Below are positions 61,213 through 64,000 of a DNA stretch of 64,000 bases, piece by piece. Every line of letters begins with the position of its first letter. The first letter of the stretch is position 1. The translations under genes and the position numbers were made by a program. The stretch lies in NCBI GenBank assembly GCA_965178125.1, contig OZ237763.1, positions 372,001 to 436,000 on the forward strand, read 5' to 3'. This DNA comes from Bilabrum cf. latius (Eukaryota). Under the pieces are notes generated by a model that had not been told where the DNA came from, searched no databases, and was given only the letters and a program-made list of their open reading frames with translations.

Positions 61213-61860
61213 TAAGTTACTCCATCGTGTGTGTCGACGAGCTCGAATGGCTCTGGCCCAACTGAAACGTGAAAAATTCTGCCAGTCAATAATCTGCACG
61301 CAACAATGCGCATCTGGTTTTGTTTGCGGTGGTGCCAATTCATCAGAACATTGGATTGCTTTATCGCACTAGCTGCTCATACAGATAAAAGAGTATATCT
61401 ACTTGCTCTAATTCCTAAATGTGAGGTGGTATTCGCTAGTCTTTGATATTTACGACAAGTTTGTGCGACCGTCAGCGTGCAGACGCGGTGTTTTCTGTTG
61501 GCGCGACCTGCCTCCAAAGCGTGGCATTGCAGAGACGCCTGCTGTCGGCCCTCTATAATCTGCATGCGCAATAGGAAAATTCTAAGGTGAAACGTGCGGG
61601 GCGCACTGCAAGCTGACGACGCTTGATTGCATTGCCTTCCGCACCAGTATTTTCTGTGTTGCCCCCTTGCTCAGAGTTTGCAACCTCTGGATCACAGTGC
61701 GATTTTCTAGTATTATTTGGTTTTTGGTGTTAAATTATACGCTAGTCAGCTTAAAGGCGCGCGCCATGGCGACATTGCTCCAAAGTGGACTCCTCGGATC
61801 CACGTCTCGACCCTACGCACGAGTTCGCTGTGGTCCACTTGCAGCCAACCGCAATCCCGC

Positions 61861-64000
61861 ATGTTGTATCGCAATTCTTTTCCCTCATTGCGCAGGAGTT
61901 GGAGCTAGAAACAGGCCTCCGCGGCGCTGCTAGCGCTGCTTCTGCTGTGCGGTGCTGTTGCCTAGCAGCAGTGCTCCTCCAGCGACGCCGCCGTGGCAAC
62001 AGCTCTGAGCAGCCCGAAAATTCTCTGCATCGGGGTGGACGGGCACAACCCGTACGATTAGGACTTCGTGCGGGCCTACAACGCCCTTCGCTCGTATGGC
62101 TCGAGCTCTGGCCGCGGGTGGTCTGTGTCGTACCACCTGCTGACGCCGTCGAAGCCGCTGTCCAAGACGACCCTAGACAACTACGACGTCATTTTCCTGT
62201 ATGATCTTGGGTCGTATTCTCACGACACTTCAACAAGCATGCGTAACTCGTTCTACGCGATAGGAGACTGGTACAACGCCAAGAGAACGAGTGTCGGTGA
62301 GGAAGCGTTGTTTGAGGGCTTTATTGGTGCCCCCGCCTTGGGGCGGCCCTGCTGTGTATGGGGTATAATCGCTTACCTGTATATTGGTAGTACGCACTGG
62401 TCGTGCGGAGGTCCCGTGTTTCTCCTTGTGTCGCCTTTCGTCCGTTTTGCCGAACGTTCGTTGGGCTTCACATCGCGTCACCGCCGGCACTGCATGGATG
62501 GCGCGCGCGCACTCATGCCAGACCCAGACCCAGACCCAGTCCCAGACCTATTTTGCAGGCGATAAACTTCACATCATTTGCGATGGACGGATCATTTCTT
62601 CTTGGTGGAAGAGTAGGTGGCAAATTGCCTATAAGTGAGTACCTCTCTACTGCCTATTGTCGCACATGGTAAATGTTATCTGCCAAAGCGTTGAGTAATT
62701 ATAATGCTATTTCTAGGACGTAGTAGAAATAGAATTTACTTATCTATTTAACGCAAAGCCTGCTGCTGCACCGGATGCACTGGCCGCACGTCTCACCTAA
62801 ACCTCTGCCACGCAGCTACGTGTACGCCATGGTGAAGCGTGGAGGCGGCCTGATTCTTTCTACTGATCATGCGCCGGCATTCGTAGATGGAATAAATTAC
62901 GTAAACGCGCGCATCGGCATTGCAGGATTCAGTGGTAACTTCCGGTGAGTCGTCGAGCGGCTCCAAGACTGAGCGTATCGCGTTGAAGCACCGAGCACAC
63001 AGCCGACACGTCCACACTTTCCTTTACAATAATCTCTTACCCAATGCAGTCTCACGTATATCCCCACCGATTCGAACCACGTGATCATGAAGGAGCCGGC
63101 TCAGGCCACATTCTCTGGCAGCACCACGAGGCTGTCAGACGGCCGCACGTTCAACCGCTACCTGTGGGACAACAGCAGCCCCTCGCAGACTCCTTACGGT
63201 CTGCAGTCTAATGGAGCATTCCTGTACAGCGTGGCGTTCCATTCTGGCAACACGCGCACGCCGGGCATTTCCACCACGATCACCGGTGCGCTCAACTTTG
63301 GAGTGAAGATCGACTCGCCCGCGTGCGACCACGTGCACACTCACGGGACCTCAATCACCATCCGAGGCTCGGTGCGCGTGGCTAGTCGCTCGCCGTACAC
63401 GTACAAGTGGTCCAGCGACGTGCAGGGAAACCTCGGCAGCGGCTCTTCCATCTCGGTTTCGACCCTGCGCACCGGCAGGCACATCATCAAGCTCGAGGGC
63501 AGGGACGCCTTCAACTCCCTGGCGATCGCCAACGTGCGCATCTTCGTCAGGAAAGCCGACGGAAACAGCTGCTCGGCCGATGACGATTGCAGGAGCGGCA
63601 ACTGCGTGGACGGCGTGTGCTGCAACGTGGACTCGTGCTCCGGGCACGGCAGGTGCCAGTCCGGCACTGGACGGTGCTTGTGCGACGCTGGCTTTGGCAA
63701 CAGCAAGTGCTCTGGCTGCCTGACCAACTACTACGGCACGAGCTGCAGGTATTGCCTGGCCTCGGAGACATGCTCCGGGCACGGCAGCTGCGCGTCCACC
63801 ACCGGGCTGTGCTCGTGCTCCTCCCCCTGGGAGGGCGGCTCCTGCTCCGAGGGCCCGTTGGCCGTGTGCACGGGCGGGTGGACCGAGTCTAGCGATGGAA
63901 ACAGCTGCTATCTGTACTCTGGCAACGAGGAGGCGGATCGCAAGACGTGGACGGACGCGCAGAGTGCTTGCAGGCAGGCGGGCGGATATCTGGCCACGCT
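61861..64000 (+). CDS. Secreted multidomain surface protein: unknown N-terminal domain, PKD/Ig-like domain, Cys-rich/EGF repeats and the start of a C-type lectin domain (3'-truncated; 3 introns; 3 TAG=Gln)
   Basis: Signal ASAALLALLLLCGAVA|[TAG]QQC; YKWSSDVQGNLGSGSSI...GRHIIKL; CSGHGRC...CLCDAGF EGF units; CTGGW...SCY...KTWTDAQSACRQAGGYLAT lectin start. TAGs at 61906, 61963 and 62059. Confidence 0.78.

Overview
GC-rich, gene-dense eukaryotic nuclear DNA from a flagellated protist. It has GT-AG spliceosomal introns (donors mostly GTGAG, acceptors mostly CGCAG), kinesin-9 and FAM183-like ciliary genes, and long Ala/Gly/Ser-rich insertions; the style recalls bicosoecid stramenopiles, but that is inference only. 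The main result is a non-standard nuclear genetic code. By manual count, roughly 65-70 in-frame TAG codons interrupt about 19 otherwise intact genes without any frame change, and where a paralog or conserved motif is informative TAG repeatedly aligns with Gln. No intact gene has an internal TAA, and reconstructed genes end in TGA or TAA, so the code reads UAG=Gln with UAA and UGA as stops. One SelW-like gene also reads UGA as selenocysteine and has a candidate SECIS with a non-canonical ACGA core. Under this code the fragmented ORF track collapses into about 25 genes: ELP1, an ABCC transporter, bacterial-type RNase HII, a TrhO/TSTD2-like rhodanese, an EamA transporter, a sulfatase, kinesin-9, two P2X-like channels, an FG-GAP surface protein, GPI-type surface protein paralogs, a hidden CSD+dsRBD protein and a hidden 1262-aa secreted protein with 13 TAGs. 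There is also an LRR pseudogene, a possible LINE remnant and several tandem repeats. All protein identifications come from motif recognition by eye; no searches were run.
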